Below are positions 8,503-17,791 of a stretch of DNA of 32,000 bases, in pieces. Both the position numbers and the translations under genes were made by a program. This DNA is from Candidatus Saccharimonadota bacterium (GTDB lineage Bacteria > Pseudomonadota > Alphaproteobacteria > CAJXXZ01 > 1604HC), in assembly GCF_008189405.1 (NCBI RefSeq), contig NZ_CP043316.1, forward strand, positions 1-32,000. Direction: 5' to 3'. How positions within the stretch are numbered: position 1 is the first letter of the stretch; every line of letters starts with the position of its first letter. Under the pieces are notes generated by a model, which was not told where the DNA came from, did not search any database, and saw only the letters and a program-made list of their open reading frames with translations.

Positions 8503-10929
8503 ATGAAAAAAACACCTTTGATGAAGCAGTATTGTGATTTGAAAGATAATTATAATGATTGTATATTATTTTTTAGAGTTGGAGACTTCTATGAAATGTT
8601 TTTCGAGGATGCAAAAAGAGCCTCTCATGCATTAAATATAGCACTCACAGCTCATGGTAAGAATGTTGATGTTCCCATGTGTGGAATTCCATATCATGCT
8701 AGTGATGCATATATAGGCAAGTTAATAGACAAAGGGCATAAGATTGCACTATGCGAGCAAACTGAAAGTGTATATGATCGTACGGATAAAAAAGCTCCAT
8801 TAAAACGAGAAGTTGTAAGGGTTATTACAGCCGGAACGCTAACAGAATCATCTATGCTTGATCCAAAATCATATAATTTCCTACTTTGTTGTAGCCCTAT
8901 GAAGAATGGATTAATATCTTATTCAATTGTAGATTTATCTATTGGGGATTTTTTTGTAGATTCTACTCCAATGAATGATTTGAACAACGTGTTTTCTAAA
9001 TGGAACCCAAGAGAATGCTTAGTGCCAGAAAGCATATTGAATCATGATGATCTTTGGAGAAGTATTAATGATTGGCATACGAAAATTCAATTAGTGCCTG
9101 ATGTGAAATATGACTTAAATCAAAATAGGCTGAATCTAAAAAAGATATATAAAATTGCACATTTAGAGTCATTTGGGTCGATATCTGACTTAGAAGTACG
9201 TGCATCAGGTTTTCTTGCTCAGTATCTGATGTATACACAGAAAAGTGAAAATATAGAATTAAAACCAATAGTCAAAATAAATGATAGCCATTTAATGCAT
9301 TTGGATAAATTTACAAGAGATAATTTAGAAATCACACGTACATTACAAGGAAATATAACAGGAACACTATTTGATACATTAGATAATACTGTAACTGCAG
9401 GGGGAGCTAGGTTACTTAAATTTAGACTGACATCGCCTTTGAAAGATTTAGACTTAATTAAGAATCGCTTAAATAGTATAGAGTTTTTTATTGATAATTC
9501 GATTATGATCCAAGAAATCAAGAAGTATTTAGCATTGTGTGATGACCTGGATCGCGCTTTGGGTAGGGTGATTTTGGATAGAAGTTGTCCGGCTGATTGT
9601 ATTAAAATTGCCAATAGTTTGGTGGCAGCTAGAAATATATATAATTTAATTATTGGTTTTGATTTGCCAACGGAAATTAAGGATGGTATTGACGCATTGG
9701 GTTATAACGAAACAATTATACAGAAAATAAAAGCTACAATTGTTGAGTGCCCTCCATTGAAAATTAATGAAGGTGACTTTATCAAAGATGGTTATAGTGG
9801 TTCTTTAGATGAATTACGCAACATCAAATCCGTTTGTGACGATAAAGTTAAAGAGATGCAAGATGTTTACAAGCAAGAAACAGAGATACCTACTTTAAGG
9901 ATTAAGTACAACAATGTGCTGGGATATTGTGTTGAGATTCCAAATAGTCAGAAAAAGAAAATGCTGTACTCATTTATTGAAAAACAATCTTTATCTACAA
10001 TCACAAGGTATAGTAATAGCCATTTGCAGGAAATTAGTGCACGAATGTTAAATGCAAAAGCTTTGGCTGTCGAAAAAGAAGTGCAAATATTTAATGATTT
10101 AGTAGATTTTATTAAATCTGTTAAAAAATCGATTTTATATGTAGCAAAAGTAATTGCAATTATTGATGTGAATGTTGCATTAGCTAATAAAAGTATAATC
10201 AATAAATATTGTAAGCCAACTATAGATAATGGGAATAATTTTAATATTTCAAATGGGAGAAACCCGATTGTTGAGAATATTTTACAAAAGCATAATGAGA
10301 CTTTTACAGCAAATGATTGCCAATTAATAGATAAAAAATGCTTGCTAATGACAGGTCCAAATATGGCTGGAAAAAGTACATATTTAAGACAGAATGCATT
10401 AATAGCATTAATGGCACAGGCAGGGTGTTATGTTGCTGCAGACAGTATGAATTTTGGTATGATAGATGGTATTTTTGTAAGAATAGGAGCTTCTGATAAT
10501 CTAGCTAATGGAATGTCTACGTTTATGATGGAAATGGTGGAAGTTGCCTGCATTTTGAATAATGCTACTGAGAATAGCTTGATTATTGTTGATGAAGTTG
10601 GTCGTGGAACATCTGCACAAGAAGGTAAGGCGATTGCTTTAGCGATAATGGAACATATATCTATTAGAAAGATTAGGTCATTATTTGCAACTCACTACCA
10701 TGAACTGGTTAAATTATCTGAGCATGATCAAAATATATTTTGTATGACTATGAGCATTAGCGAGAAAGATGGGAATCTATTATTTATGCATAAAATAAAA
10801 AGTGGATTTACAGATCAATCATTTGCTATTTCTGTATGTAAAATGGCTGGAATCCCAAATAGTGTTATTGAAAGATCTAGAAAAATCTTGGAAGATGATA
10901 ATAAAGATAAAAGAAGTAGAATAGCATAA
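8503..10929 (+). CDS. mutS: DNA mismatch repair protein MutS (808 aa)
   Basis: N-terminal TPLMKQYCDLKDNYNDCILFFRVGDFYEMFFEDA. Walker A GPNMAGKSTYLRQ. STFMMEM block. Walker B DEVGRGTS. THYHEL block. Confidence 0.95.
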   Translation: MKKTPLMKQYCDLKDNYNDCILFFRVGDFYEMFFEDAKRASHALNIALTAHGKNVDVPMCGIPYHASDAYIGKLIDKGHKIALCEQTESVYDRTDKKAPLKREVVRVITAGTLTESSMLDPKSYNFLLCCSPMKNGLISYSIVDLSIGDFFVDSTPMNDLNNVFSKWNPRECLVPESILNHDDLWRSINDWHTKIQLVPDVKYDLNQNRLNLKKIYKIAHLESFGSISDLEVRASGFLAQYLMYTQKSENIELKPIVKINDSHLMHLDKFTRDNLEITRTLQGNITGTLFDTLDNTVTAGGARLLKFRLTSPLKDLDLIKNRLNSIEFFIDNSIMIQEIKKYLALCDDLDRALGRVILDRSCPADCIKIANSLVAARNIYNLIIGFDLPTEIKDGIDALGYNETIIQKIKATIVECPPLKINEGDFIKDGYSGSLDELRNIKSVCDDKVKEMQDVYKQETEIPTLRIKYNNVLGYCVEIPNSQKKKMLYSFIEKQSLSTITRYSNSHLQEISARMLNAKALAVEKEVQIFNDLVDFIKSVKKSILYVAKVIAIIDVNVALANKSIINKYCKPTIDNGNNFNISNGRNPIVENILQKHNETFTANDCQLIDKKCLLMTGPNMAGKSTYLRQNALIALMAQAGCYVAADSMNFGMIDGIFVRIGASDNLANGMSTFMMEMVEVACILNNATENSLIIVDEVGRGTSAQEGKAIALAIMEHISIRKIRSLFATHYHELVKLSEHDQNIFCMTMSISEKDGNLLFMHKIKSGFTDQSFAISVCKMAGIPNSVIERSRKILEDDNKDKRSRIA

Positions 10930-10994
10930 TATATATATAAATATAATATAATTCAAAGCTATAGATAATAGCAGTGATTTTGGATTAGTTTGTT

Positions 10995-11861
10995 TTAGAT
11001 CACTTTATCCTTAGAATTGCATATTTTACTTAAAGAGCATTTAGTACATTCTGGTTTGCGTGCTTTGCAAACGTTGCGTCCATGCCATACAAGGAAGTTA
11101 TGAGCCTCTAGTGCCCATTTTTCAGGAACATATTTTTCTAAGTCTTGTTCAACTTGGTCTGGGGTTTTCCCATTAGAGATTTCTAATCTATTTGCAAGCC
11201 TAAATACATGCGTATCTACAGGAAATGTGGGTTTGCGAAATCCGAAATTCAGCACTACATTTGCAGTTTTTCGCCCAACTCCGGGTAGTTGTAATAAATC
11301 ATCTATATTATTTGGTACTGTTGAATTGAATCGCTCAATTAGCATTTTACTTGTTGCTATTATATTTTTCGCTTTTGAGCGGAATAAGCCAATCGATTTA
11401 ATATATTCAATGAGCTGATCAACACCAAGTTCTGCAATTTGCTGTGGAGTTGATGCTACTGCAAATAATGCTGGAGTGATTTTGTTCACTTGTACATCTG
11501 TAGATTGTGCAGATAGTATAGTGGAAACAAGTAATGTATAATGATCCTCATATTCTAATGCTATAGTTTCTGGCAATTCATCTTTAGATAATATTTCAAA
11601 TATTTGATCTGCTCTTTGTGTGAGGTAAGCTGTATCCTTCAAATTACGATCAGAATCAGACACTACTTTGTTATTAGTTTTTCTGTTAGGCTGTGTAGTT
11701 ATTTTTTGTTTGTCAGTGCGTAATTTTATTTTATCAGTTGATTTTTCATATGTGATTTTTTTGACTGGCTTTGCATTTTTTGCTGCATTTTTTTGTTTTG
11801 ATGGCATTTGGAAATAATGTACAGTATTTTTAATAAAATCAAAATATGTTTTCTTGAACAA
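10995..11861 (-). CDS. nth: Endonuclease III (Nth) with a Lys-rich N-terminal extension
   Basis: HhH-GPD core. Helix-hairpin-helix LPGVGRKTANVVL. Catalytic region VDTHVFR. 4Fe-4S cluster motif CKARKPECTKCSLSKIC. The track start at 11861 is a TTG; the first ATG (MPSKQK..) is at 11807. Either start leaves 65-85 extra N-terminal residues. Confidence 0.9.
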   Translation of the reverse strand: MFKKTYFDFIKNTVHYFQMPSKQKNAAKNAKPVKKITYEKSTDKIKLRTDKQKITTQPNRKTNNKVVSDSDRNLKDTAYLTQRADQIFEILSKDELPETIALEYEDHYTLLVSTILSAQSTDVQVNKITPALFAVASTPQQIAELGVDQLIEYIKSIGLFRSKAKNIIATSKMLIERFNSTVPNNIDDLLQLPGVGRKTANVVLNFGFRKPTFPVDTHVFRLANRLEISNGKTPDQVEQDLEKYVPEKWALEAHNFLVWHGRNVCKARKPECTKCSLSKICNSKDKVI

Positions 11862-11870
11862 AACTCGAGA

Positions 11871-12049
11871 TATTATTAGATATTATTAGATATTTGGTAT
11901 ATTGATTAATTATTTTTACCTGAAAATTTGAAATTTACATTGAAATTTTTGTTTTAACCGTATAATTCAAGCGTTAGCAATATAATTCAATGCATATTAA
12001 GATTGATATTGAATGAGGTGAAATTCATATGAATGGGATGAAATTATGA
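11871..12049. repeat. Series of short direct repeats spaced at about 10-bp multiples in the nth/ruvX divergent spacer
   Basis: tattattaga at 11871 and 11881, with a degenerate tatttggtat at 11891. tgaaa(a)ttt-like units at about 11921, 11930 and 11941. tataattcaa at 11961 and 11981, exactly 20 bp apart, each containing TATAAT. An imperfect 20-bp tandem tgaatgaggtgaaattcata / tgaatgggatgaaattatga at 12010-12029 and 12030-12049; the second copy contains the annotated ruvX ATG. Confidence 0.6.
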
Positions 12050-12483
12050 TAACTATGCAAGAATCTGTGGTAAATATACCAAAATCAGGAGTGATAATGG
12101 GTGTAGATTATGGAGAAGTCAGGACTGGAATTGCTTTTTGTGATTATAATCAAGAACTTTCTATCCCAAATGGTGTTTACGGACCTAAAGCTTATATTGT
12201 CAAGATTTTACTTGATCTGATAGTTGAAAGAGAAGTTGTTGGTGTGGTTGTAGGGTGGCCACTGAACATGAAAGGTGAAGAGGCATTTCAGTGTAATAAA
12301 ACTCAAGAATTTATTGATGAGTTAAAGAGTTCTTGGGATGGGCCAATAGAAAAATTTGATGAGAGATTAAGCAGTTCTTATGTTGCAAATATGTATGGGG
12401 ATGGGAAGAAATTAGATACAGATGATGCATTGTCTGCTATGATAATTTTAAAATCATTTCTAAATAGTAGGAAGCATTCATAA
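12046..12483 (+). CDS. ruvX: Putative pre-16S rRNA nuclease / Holliday-junction resolvase-like protein RuvX (YqgF)
   Basis: YqgF N-terminal motif VIMGVDYGEVRTGIAFCD (G.D.G..R.G.A..D). WPLNMKGEE block. DERLSS block. Length about 140 aa. The start is ambiguous among ATGs at 12046, 12055 and 12097. Confidence 0.8.
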   Translation: MITMQESVVNIPKSGVIMGVDYGEVRTGIAFCDYNQELSIPNGVYGPKAYIVKILLDLIVEREVVGVVVGWPLNMKGEEAFQCNKTQEFIDELKSSWDGPIEKFDERLSSSYVANMYGDGKKLDTDDALSAMIILKSFLNSRKHS

Positions 12484-12634
12484 TAATTTATATATTGTAA
12501 TTTTATGTTTCATAATGCATTTAACAGATTTTTTCTTAATATGCATTTGATTCCAATTTAATAATTTTTGCATAATGTATTTATTGATTGTGAAATATAT
12601 TGTAGACTTGATAGGATGTTAAATGAGGTAATAA

Positions 12635-12892
12635 ATGGCTAATCATACAGCTACAAAAAAGCGTATTCGTAGAGATCTTAAAGTTAGAAAATCAAATAAG
12701 CATGATATGAGCAAATTAAGAACAGTAGTAAAAAGTTTGAAGAAATCTATTGAAAACAAAGAAAATAATGCAGATCTATTCAGAAAGACCCAAGCTTATA
12801 TTTCTAAATGTGGTCAAAAAAGAATTATTCACCCAGCTAATGCTGACCGTAAGATAAGTAAATTATCTAAAATGTTTCATAGTACAGTTTAA
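12635..12892 (+). CDS. rpsT: 30S ribosomal protein S20
   Basis: The sequence MANHTATKKRIRRDLKVRKSNKHDMSKLRTVVKSLKKSIE.. and the 85-aa length are typical of S20. Confidence 0.9.
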   Translation: MANHTATKKRIRRDLKVRKSNKHDMSKLRTVVKSLKKSIENKENNADLFRKTQAYISKCGQKRIIHPANADRKISKLSKMFHSTV

Positions 12893-14175
12893 TGGTTAAT
12901 GCAGAATCAATTTGGGGCGATATATTAGTTGAGCTAAAAAACAAGTTGGGGCATTCTACTGTTGGTAGTTGGTTTGAAGATGCAGAAGTTACAATTTGTG
13001 ATGGCGTTTTGCAGCTTTATGTCAAAACTCAATTTATTTCTAATTGGATTCGTAATCATTATTTAGATGTTGTTCAGGATTTTGCACAAAGAAAGCATAA
13101 CTTATCCATAGAGCTGCATGTCAAAGAAAATCTTGTGAAAAAATCTCAAACAAGCAGTGATTATTCATTGCCATTGAATAAAGATATGACATTTGAGACA
13201 TTTGTTGTGGGAAAATCTAATGAAATGGCTTTTACGTCGGCATTGAGAATTGCAGAATCATCTAATAGAATATTTAATCCATTATTTCTTTATGGGCCTG
13301 TAGGTTTAGGAAAGACGCATCTTATGCATTCTATTGGTTGGTATGTGAGAAATAATCATGATGGAAAAACTATATGCTATTTATCTGCTGAACAATTTAT
13401 GATGAAATTCATTAATGCGCTAAAACAGCGTGATATGATGGATTTCAAAGATGAGCTGCGTTCATTTGATGTGCTTATGATTGATGACTTTCAGTTCTTA
13501 TCAGGGAAAGACTCAACTCAGGAGGAATTCTTCCATACATTTGTATATTTGATTTCTCAAGGGAAGCAGCTAATAATATCAGCTGATAAGGCTCCATCTG
13601 AATTATCAGGAATAGAAGAAAGATTAAGATCTAGATTAGGAAGTGGATTAGTAGTGAATGTTCATCCAGCAAATTATGAATTACGTTTGAGCATTTTAAA
13701 AGAAAAATCTGTTGGCAGAAATATTAGTGATGATATTCTACAATTCATAGCTGAGAATGTTAAATCAAGCATAAGAGAATTAGGCGGTGCTTTGATGCGT
13801 GTTATTGCCTATGTAGATTTCTTTAAGAAAGATTTAAATTTAGATACTGTTAGAGGAATATTAAAAGAATTCGTACAGGATAAAAAATCTATTACTCCAA
13901 GTATAATAATTGATTCTATATGTGAGTATTATAGTTTGAATAAAGATGAGTTGTGTTCTAAATCCAGGAAAAAAGAAATATTGAAACCAAGGCAGATAGC
14001 AATGTACTTATGTAGAGAATTAACTGATAGCTCTTTGCCAGAAATAGGGCGTTTATTAGGTGGAAAAGATCATACTACAGCACTTTATAGTATTAAAAAG
14101 ATAGAAAGTAGCATTGATAGTGAAGTGAATCTCGGTTTGGAATTAGATAATATTAGGAAAATTATAGATAAATAG
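12892..14175 (+). CDS. dnaA: Chromosomal replication initiator DnaA (427 aa, short linker domain)
   Basis: N-terminal IWGDILVELKNKLG..WF. AAA+ Walker A GPVGLGKTHL. Walker B LMIDDFQFL. Box VII/VIII region. C-terminal DNA-binding signature LPEIGRLLGGKDHTTALYSIKKIE. The ATG overlaps the rpsT stop (TAATG). Confidence 0.95.
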   Translation: MVNAESIWGDILVELKNKLGHSTVGSWFEDAEVTICDGVLQLYVKTQFISNWIRNHYLDVVQDFAQRKHNLSIELHVKENLVKKSQTSSDYSLPLNKDMTFETFVVGKSNEMAFTSALRIAESSNRIFNPLFLYGPVGLGKTHLMHSIGWYVRNNHDGKTICYLSAEQFMMKFINALKQRDMMDFKDELRSFDVLMIDDFQFLSGKDSTQEEFFHTFVYLISQGKQLIISADKAPSELSGIEERLRSRLGSGLVVNVHPANYELRLSILKEKSVGRNISDDILQFIAENVKSSIRELGGALMRVIAYVDFFKKDLNLDTVRGILKEFVQDKKSITPSIIIDSICEYYSLNKDELCSKSRKKEILKPRQIAMYLCRELTDSSLPEIGRLLGGKDHTTALYSIKKIESSIDSEVNLGLELDNIRKIIDK

Positions 14176-14260
14176 AAGAAACAATTGATATAGTTATTTT
14201 TATATATTTATTATTATATTTATATTTGCAAATTGTATATTATTTGCTATAAATAGGGTG

Positions 14261-15520
14261 ATGATTGGAATTGTTTTGGCTGCTGGATCAGGCACTAGAT
14301 TTGGCAAAAAGTCTAAATTATTTGTAGATTTATGTGGACAACGTGTATTAGATTATCCAATTAATTTATGCAAAGATTTAGGAATAAAAAATATTAATTT
14401 AGTTGTAAAAAAAGGCTTGGAAGCTTTAGATATGCTAGATGTTTCACAGTGTAATATATATGTTCAATCAGATAAAAAGGGCACAGGAGCAGCTGTGCAG
14501 GCCGTGATTTCTGAATCTATTAATGATGATATCTTGATTTTACTTGGAGATTGTCCTTTAGTAGATAAAATTACAATTCAGAAAGCTTTAAATAAACTAG
14601 AAGATAATGTTATTGTGATTGGAGGTGTTCAGTCTGAATCCAGTAATAATCACTCGTATGGAAGAATTAAGTTAGAGCATAATAATGTGATGAAGATAGA
14701 AGAGGCAACTGTAAGTTGTGATAATACAAAGTTTAGAAATGCTGGATGGATGCTATGTAAGGGAAAATATCTACATGACTTCCTCAGGCAAATACCTGTA
14801 ATTCATGGAGAGTACTATCTGACAGAATGTGTTAGAATTGCCAATGATATGGGGTTCAAGGTTGGAATGGTAGAATCTGAGAGTGATATTGGTATAAATA
14901 CGAGAAATGATTATGTTAATGTTGTGCAGATTCTACAAAATAAATTTCGTATGAATGCTATAGATAAAGGGGCTTTAATGCTTGATCCTACATCTGTATA
15001 CTTTTCTGCAAATACTGTAATAGAGCATGAAGTTCAAATTGATCCTTATGTTGTATTTAAGAAAGATGTGATTTTAAAATCTGGCAGTACGATAAAGTCA
15101 TTTTCTCATATAGAATCTAGTGTTGTTGGTGCAAATTCTGTTATAGGTCCATTTGCAAATATTAGAAGTGGAACGTATATGGATGAGAATGTAGAAATTG
15201 GGGCATTTGTAGAAACAAAGAATAGTTACATTGGCAGTAATACTAAAGCAAAACATTTAAGTTATATAGGAAATGCTGATATAGGGGAAAATGTTAATAT
15301 TGGGGCTGGATCTGTATTCTGTAATTATGATGGGTTAAAGAAAAATAAATCAATAATAGGGGATAATAGCTTTTTAGGTGCAAATACTTCTTACGTTGCT
15401 CCAATTGATATAGGATCAAATGTAAAAGTTGGTGCTGGTAGTGTTGTTACAAAAAATGTAAGCTCAAAATGCCTGGTGGTAGCAAGAGCTGATCAGAAAG
15501 AATATAAGAGAAAGGTTTGA
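14261..15520 (+). CDS. glmU: Bifunctional GlcNAc-1-P uridyltransferase / GlcN-1-P acetyltransferase GlmU
   Basis: N-terminal LAAGSGTRF nucleotidyltransferase motif. C-terminal left-handed beta-helix hexapeptide repeats (IGANSVIGPFANI.., IGENVNIGAGSV..). The track start of 14258 is a GTG immediately followed by ATG 14261. Confidence 0.9.
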   Translation: MIGIVLAAGSGTRFGKKSKLFVDLCGQRVLDYPINLCKDLGIKNINLVVKKGLEALDMLDVSQCNIYVQSDKKGTGAAVQAVISESINDDILILLGDCPLVDKITIQKALNKLEDNVIVIGGVQSESSNNHSYGRIKLEHNNVMKIEEATVSCDNTKFRNAGWMLCKGKYLHDFLRQIPVIHGEYYLTECVRIANDMGFKVGMVESESDIGINTRNDYVNVVQILQNKFRMNAIDKGALMLDPTSVYFSANTVIEHEVQIDPYVVFKKDVILKSGSTIKSFSHIESSVVGANSVIGPFANIRSGTYMDENVEIGAFVETKNSYIGSNTKAKHLSYIGNADIGENVNIGAGSVFCNYDGLKKNKSIIGDNSFLGANTSYVAPIDIGSNVKVGAGSVVTKNVSSKCLVVARADQKEYKRKV

Positions 15521-15521
15521 T

Positions 15522-17303
15522 ATGTGTGGTTTGATAGGTATTGTTCATAAAGATGACAATGTATGTGAGAAGATTTATGATGGATTGGAATATTTGCAGT
15601 ACAGAGGGTACGATTCTTGTGGTATAGCAGTTATTCAAGATGATGATTTTCAGATTAATAAGCAAACTGGATCAGTGAGTAATTTGAAGAAAAATTATTC
15701 AAATGGAAAAATTGGAATTGGCCATACCCGTTGGGCTACACATGGGTGTATTAGTATAAAAAACACACATCCTTTTGTATATGAAAATCTTGCCATTGTA
15801 CATAATGGAATTATAGAAAACTATTCAGAAATTAAAGATAGGTATGCTGATTATGAATGGAAAACAGGGTCTGATACTGAAGTAATATTAAAGCTGGCAT
15901 ATGAGTATTTAGAAGAATATAAAAATTTACAGAAAGATGATAATGACAAATCTGATTCTTTAAGTGTTCTTGAATGGGATTATGCATTTAATAAGTTATG
16001 TGAGAATTTAGAAGGGTCATTTGCAGTTGCATTTTTAGATTTGAATCATAGTGATAAAGTGTTTTTTATTAGGAAAGGGTTAAGTCCATTATCTATTGCA
16101 GTTTCTGATGAATTTGCAGCAATAGCATCAGATTGTTTGGCCTTATCTGAACTGTCAGATCATGTGATTGATATTAATAATGGGCAATATGGATATATAC
16201 AGAATGGGAAGTATGAGATAAAACCTGGAAATATAAACAAAAAAAGACATATTATTAAGTCTCCAAAAATTTCAGAAAAATCTCATGATACATGGTTTGA
16301 GCATGAGTTTGATACTCAACCTATGGTTTTGTCTAATGCATTACATAAACTAAACAATACATTTACATGGCCATCTCTGAAGCCTAATTTGATTGATATT
16401 ATTGGGTGTGGCAGTGCGTATTTGGCCGGTAATGTAGGTAAGTATTGGATTGAGAAGTATGCCAAGATATTATGTAGAATTAATATGTCTTCTGAGTGGC
16501 AGAATATTGAAGGATATAGTAAAACAATAGCTTTAATATCACAATCTGGAGAAACAGCTGATACATTGTCAGTGTTAGATAGAATCCAAAATAAAGAAGT
16601 AAGCACTATAGGTTTTGTGAATACATTAGGAAGTACATTATCCAGATCCGTCAATCATATTATTCCTACTTTTGTTGGGCAAGAAGTGAGTGTTGCTTCT
16701 ACTAAGGCTATGACAGGTCAAATGCTATCTCTATTCTTATGGGCTAATAAATTAGCTGGTATTGATAGACAAAATGAGTTGCTGGATGTATTTGCGAAGA
16801 TGTCAAATATTATTGATTTATTACCAGAATATAGTAAAGAAGTAATTGATGTATGCTCTAATGTTCATGATTTGTTTATATTAGCTAAAGGTAATTTGGT
16901 TCCAATTGCATATGAAGGAGCTTTAAAGATCAAAGAATTAGCATATGTTCATGCTGAGGCATTTAGCGCAAGTGAGTTAAAACATGGTCCATTAGCAATG
17001 ATCAATCAAGATGCATCGCAAGCAATTGTGTTTTTAGCTCCATCATCAAGTCATTTATGGAAGAAGATGTTATCTTCTGTTGAAGAAGTTCAGAGTAGGG
17101 GTGGAAAGGTAATTATTATTAGCGATCAACCTGAAAAATTCAAAAATATACACTATTCAATTAAAATGCCATATATAGATGAAGATCTAGCTCCATTTTT
17201 GTATGTACTTCCTATGCAATGGTTAGCGTATAAGCTAGCTGTAAGAAAGGGCAATTCAATTGATATGCCTAGAAATCTAGCTAAATCTGTCACAGTAGAA
17301 TAG
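15522..17303 (+). CDS. glmS: Glutamine--fructose-6-phosphate aminotransferase GlmS (593 aa)
   Basis: N-terminal nucleophile MCGLIGIV. GHTRWATHG block. Two SIS domains (SQSGETADT). C-terminal PRNLAKSVTVE. Starts 2 nt after the glmU stop. Confidence 0.95.
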   Translation: MCGLIGIVHKDDNVCEKIYDGLEYLQYRGYDSCGIAVIQDDDFQINKQTGSVSNLKKNYSNGKIGIGHTRWATHGCISIKNTHPFVYENLAIVHNGIIENYSEIKDRYADYEWKTGSDTEVILKLAYEYLEEYKNLQKDDNDKSDSLSVLEWDYAFNKLCENLEGSFAVAFLDLNHSDKVFFIRKGLSPLSIAVSDEFAAIASDCLALSELSDHVIDINNGQYGYIQNGKYEIKPGNINKKRHIIKSPKISEKSHDTWFEHEFDTQPMVLSNALHKLNNTFTWPSLKPNLIDIIGCGSAYLAGNVGKYWIEKYAKILCRINMSSEWQNIEGYSKTIALISQSGETADTLSVLDRIQNKEVSTIGFVNTLGSTLSRSVNHIIPTFVGQEVSVASTKAMTGQMLSLFLWANKLAGIDRQNELLDVFAKMSNIIDLLPEYSKEVIDVCSNVHDLFILAKGNLVPIAYEGALKIKELAYVHAEAFSASELKHGPLAMINQDASQAIVFLAPSSSHLWKKMLSSVEEVQSRGGKVIIISDQPEKFKNIHYSIKMPYIDEDLAPFLYVLPMQWLAYKLAVRKGNSIDMPRNLAKSVTVE

Positions 17304-17343
17304 AGTATGGTTAATTAGAAATCGCATAGATTATTATTAACTA

Positions 17344-17752
17344 TTTTAGTGGGTTGGATTGAGTGAGATAGTAATCTTTATAATTCATTTGACCAAATCA
17401 ATTTGCATAATCATACATATTTTTAGATCTTTTGTTTTTTCTGCATATTATAAGAAGGGCAAGGTGTAAATTGGTAGATTATTTTATAATTGAATTTCTA
17501 TATCTTCTCAAAATTATGGGTTATATTGTTTATGGTTTTTTGATCAGGTAGAAAAAATAGGGTGTAATTTTCATAATTTACTCGTTCATTGATGCAAATC
17601 ATGCTCATGTTAGGCTTCCATATTCCATGGTATTTATTACTTGACTCTAAACATTTTGATTTTTTAGGGTGATAGAGTGGGGATTTAATCTCATAATCTC
17701 GCTTTGGTCAATTATTCGATCTTGGCCCACGTTAAACATTTATGTTCCATGA
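17344..17752 (-). pseudogene. About four decayed tandem copies of a tRNA-Ser-like unit filling the glmS/tRNA-Ser spacer (approximate unit bounds 17344-17425, 17455-17537, 17556-17630, 17665-17752)
   Basis: On the + strand, unit B (gatagagtggggatttaatctcataatctcgc) aligns with the 3' end of the intact tRNA (gatagagtgggattcgaacccacgagatga). Units B and C align with each other along their length: tcataatct.cgctttggtcaatt...ccacgttaa...ttccatg against tcataatttactcgttcattg...tcatgttag...ttccatg. Unit E shares ttttag.ggg.. and taatct.tataat..tttgaccaa with B. Unit D is the weakest match. The period is about 95-125 bp. The T-arm pairing is destroyed in every copy. Confidence 0.55.
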
Positions 17753-17791
17753 TCTTATAGTTTAATTCCTAATATAGCAGTTCTTGAAGGT

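Noticed and set aside
11871-12049. Interpreting the short direct repeats as a CRISPR array or minisatellite.
   Set aside because: The units are only 10-20 bp, belong to several different families, have no unique spacers of constant length and have no cas genes nearby. This is not CRISPR architecture.
12484-12634. A possible replication origin next to dnaA.
   Set aside because: There is no cluster of DnaA-box matches, no TTAA-N7-TTAA CtrA sites and no AT-rich 13-mer-like repeats that stand out from the background. Alphaproteobacterial origins are usually not adjacent to dnaA.
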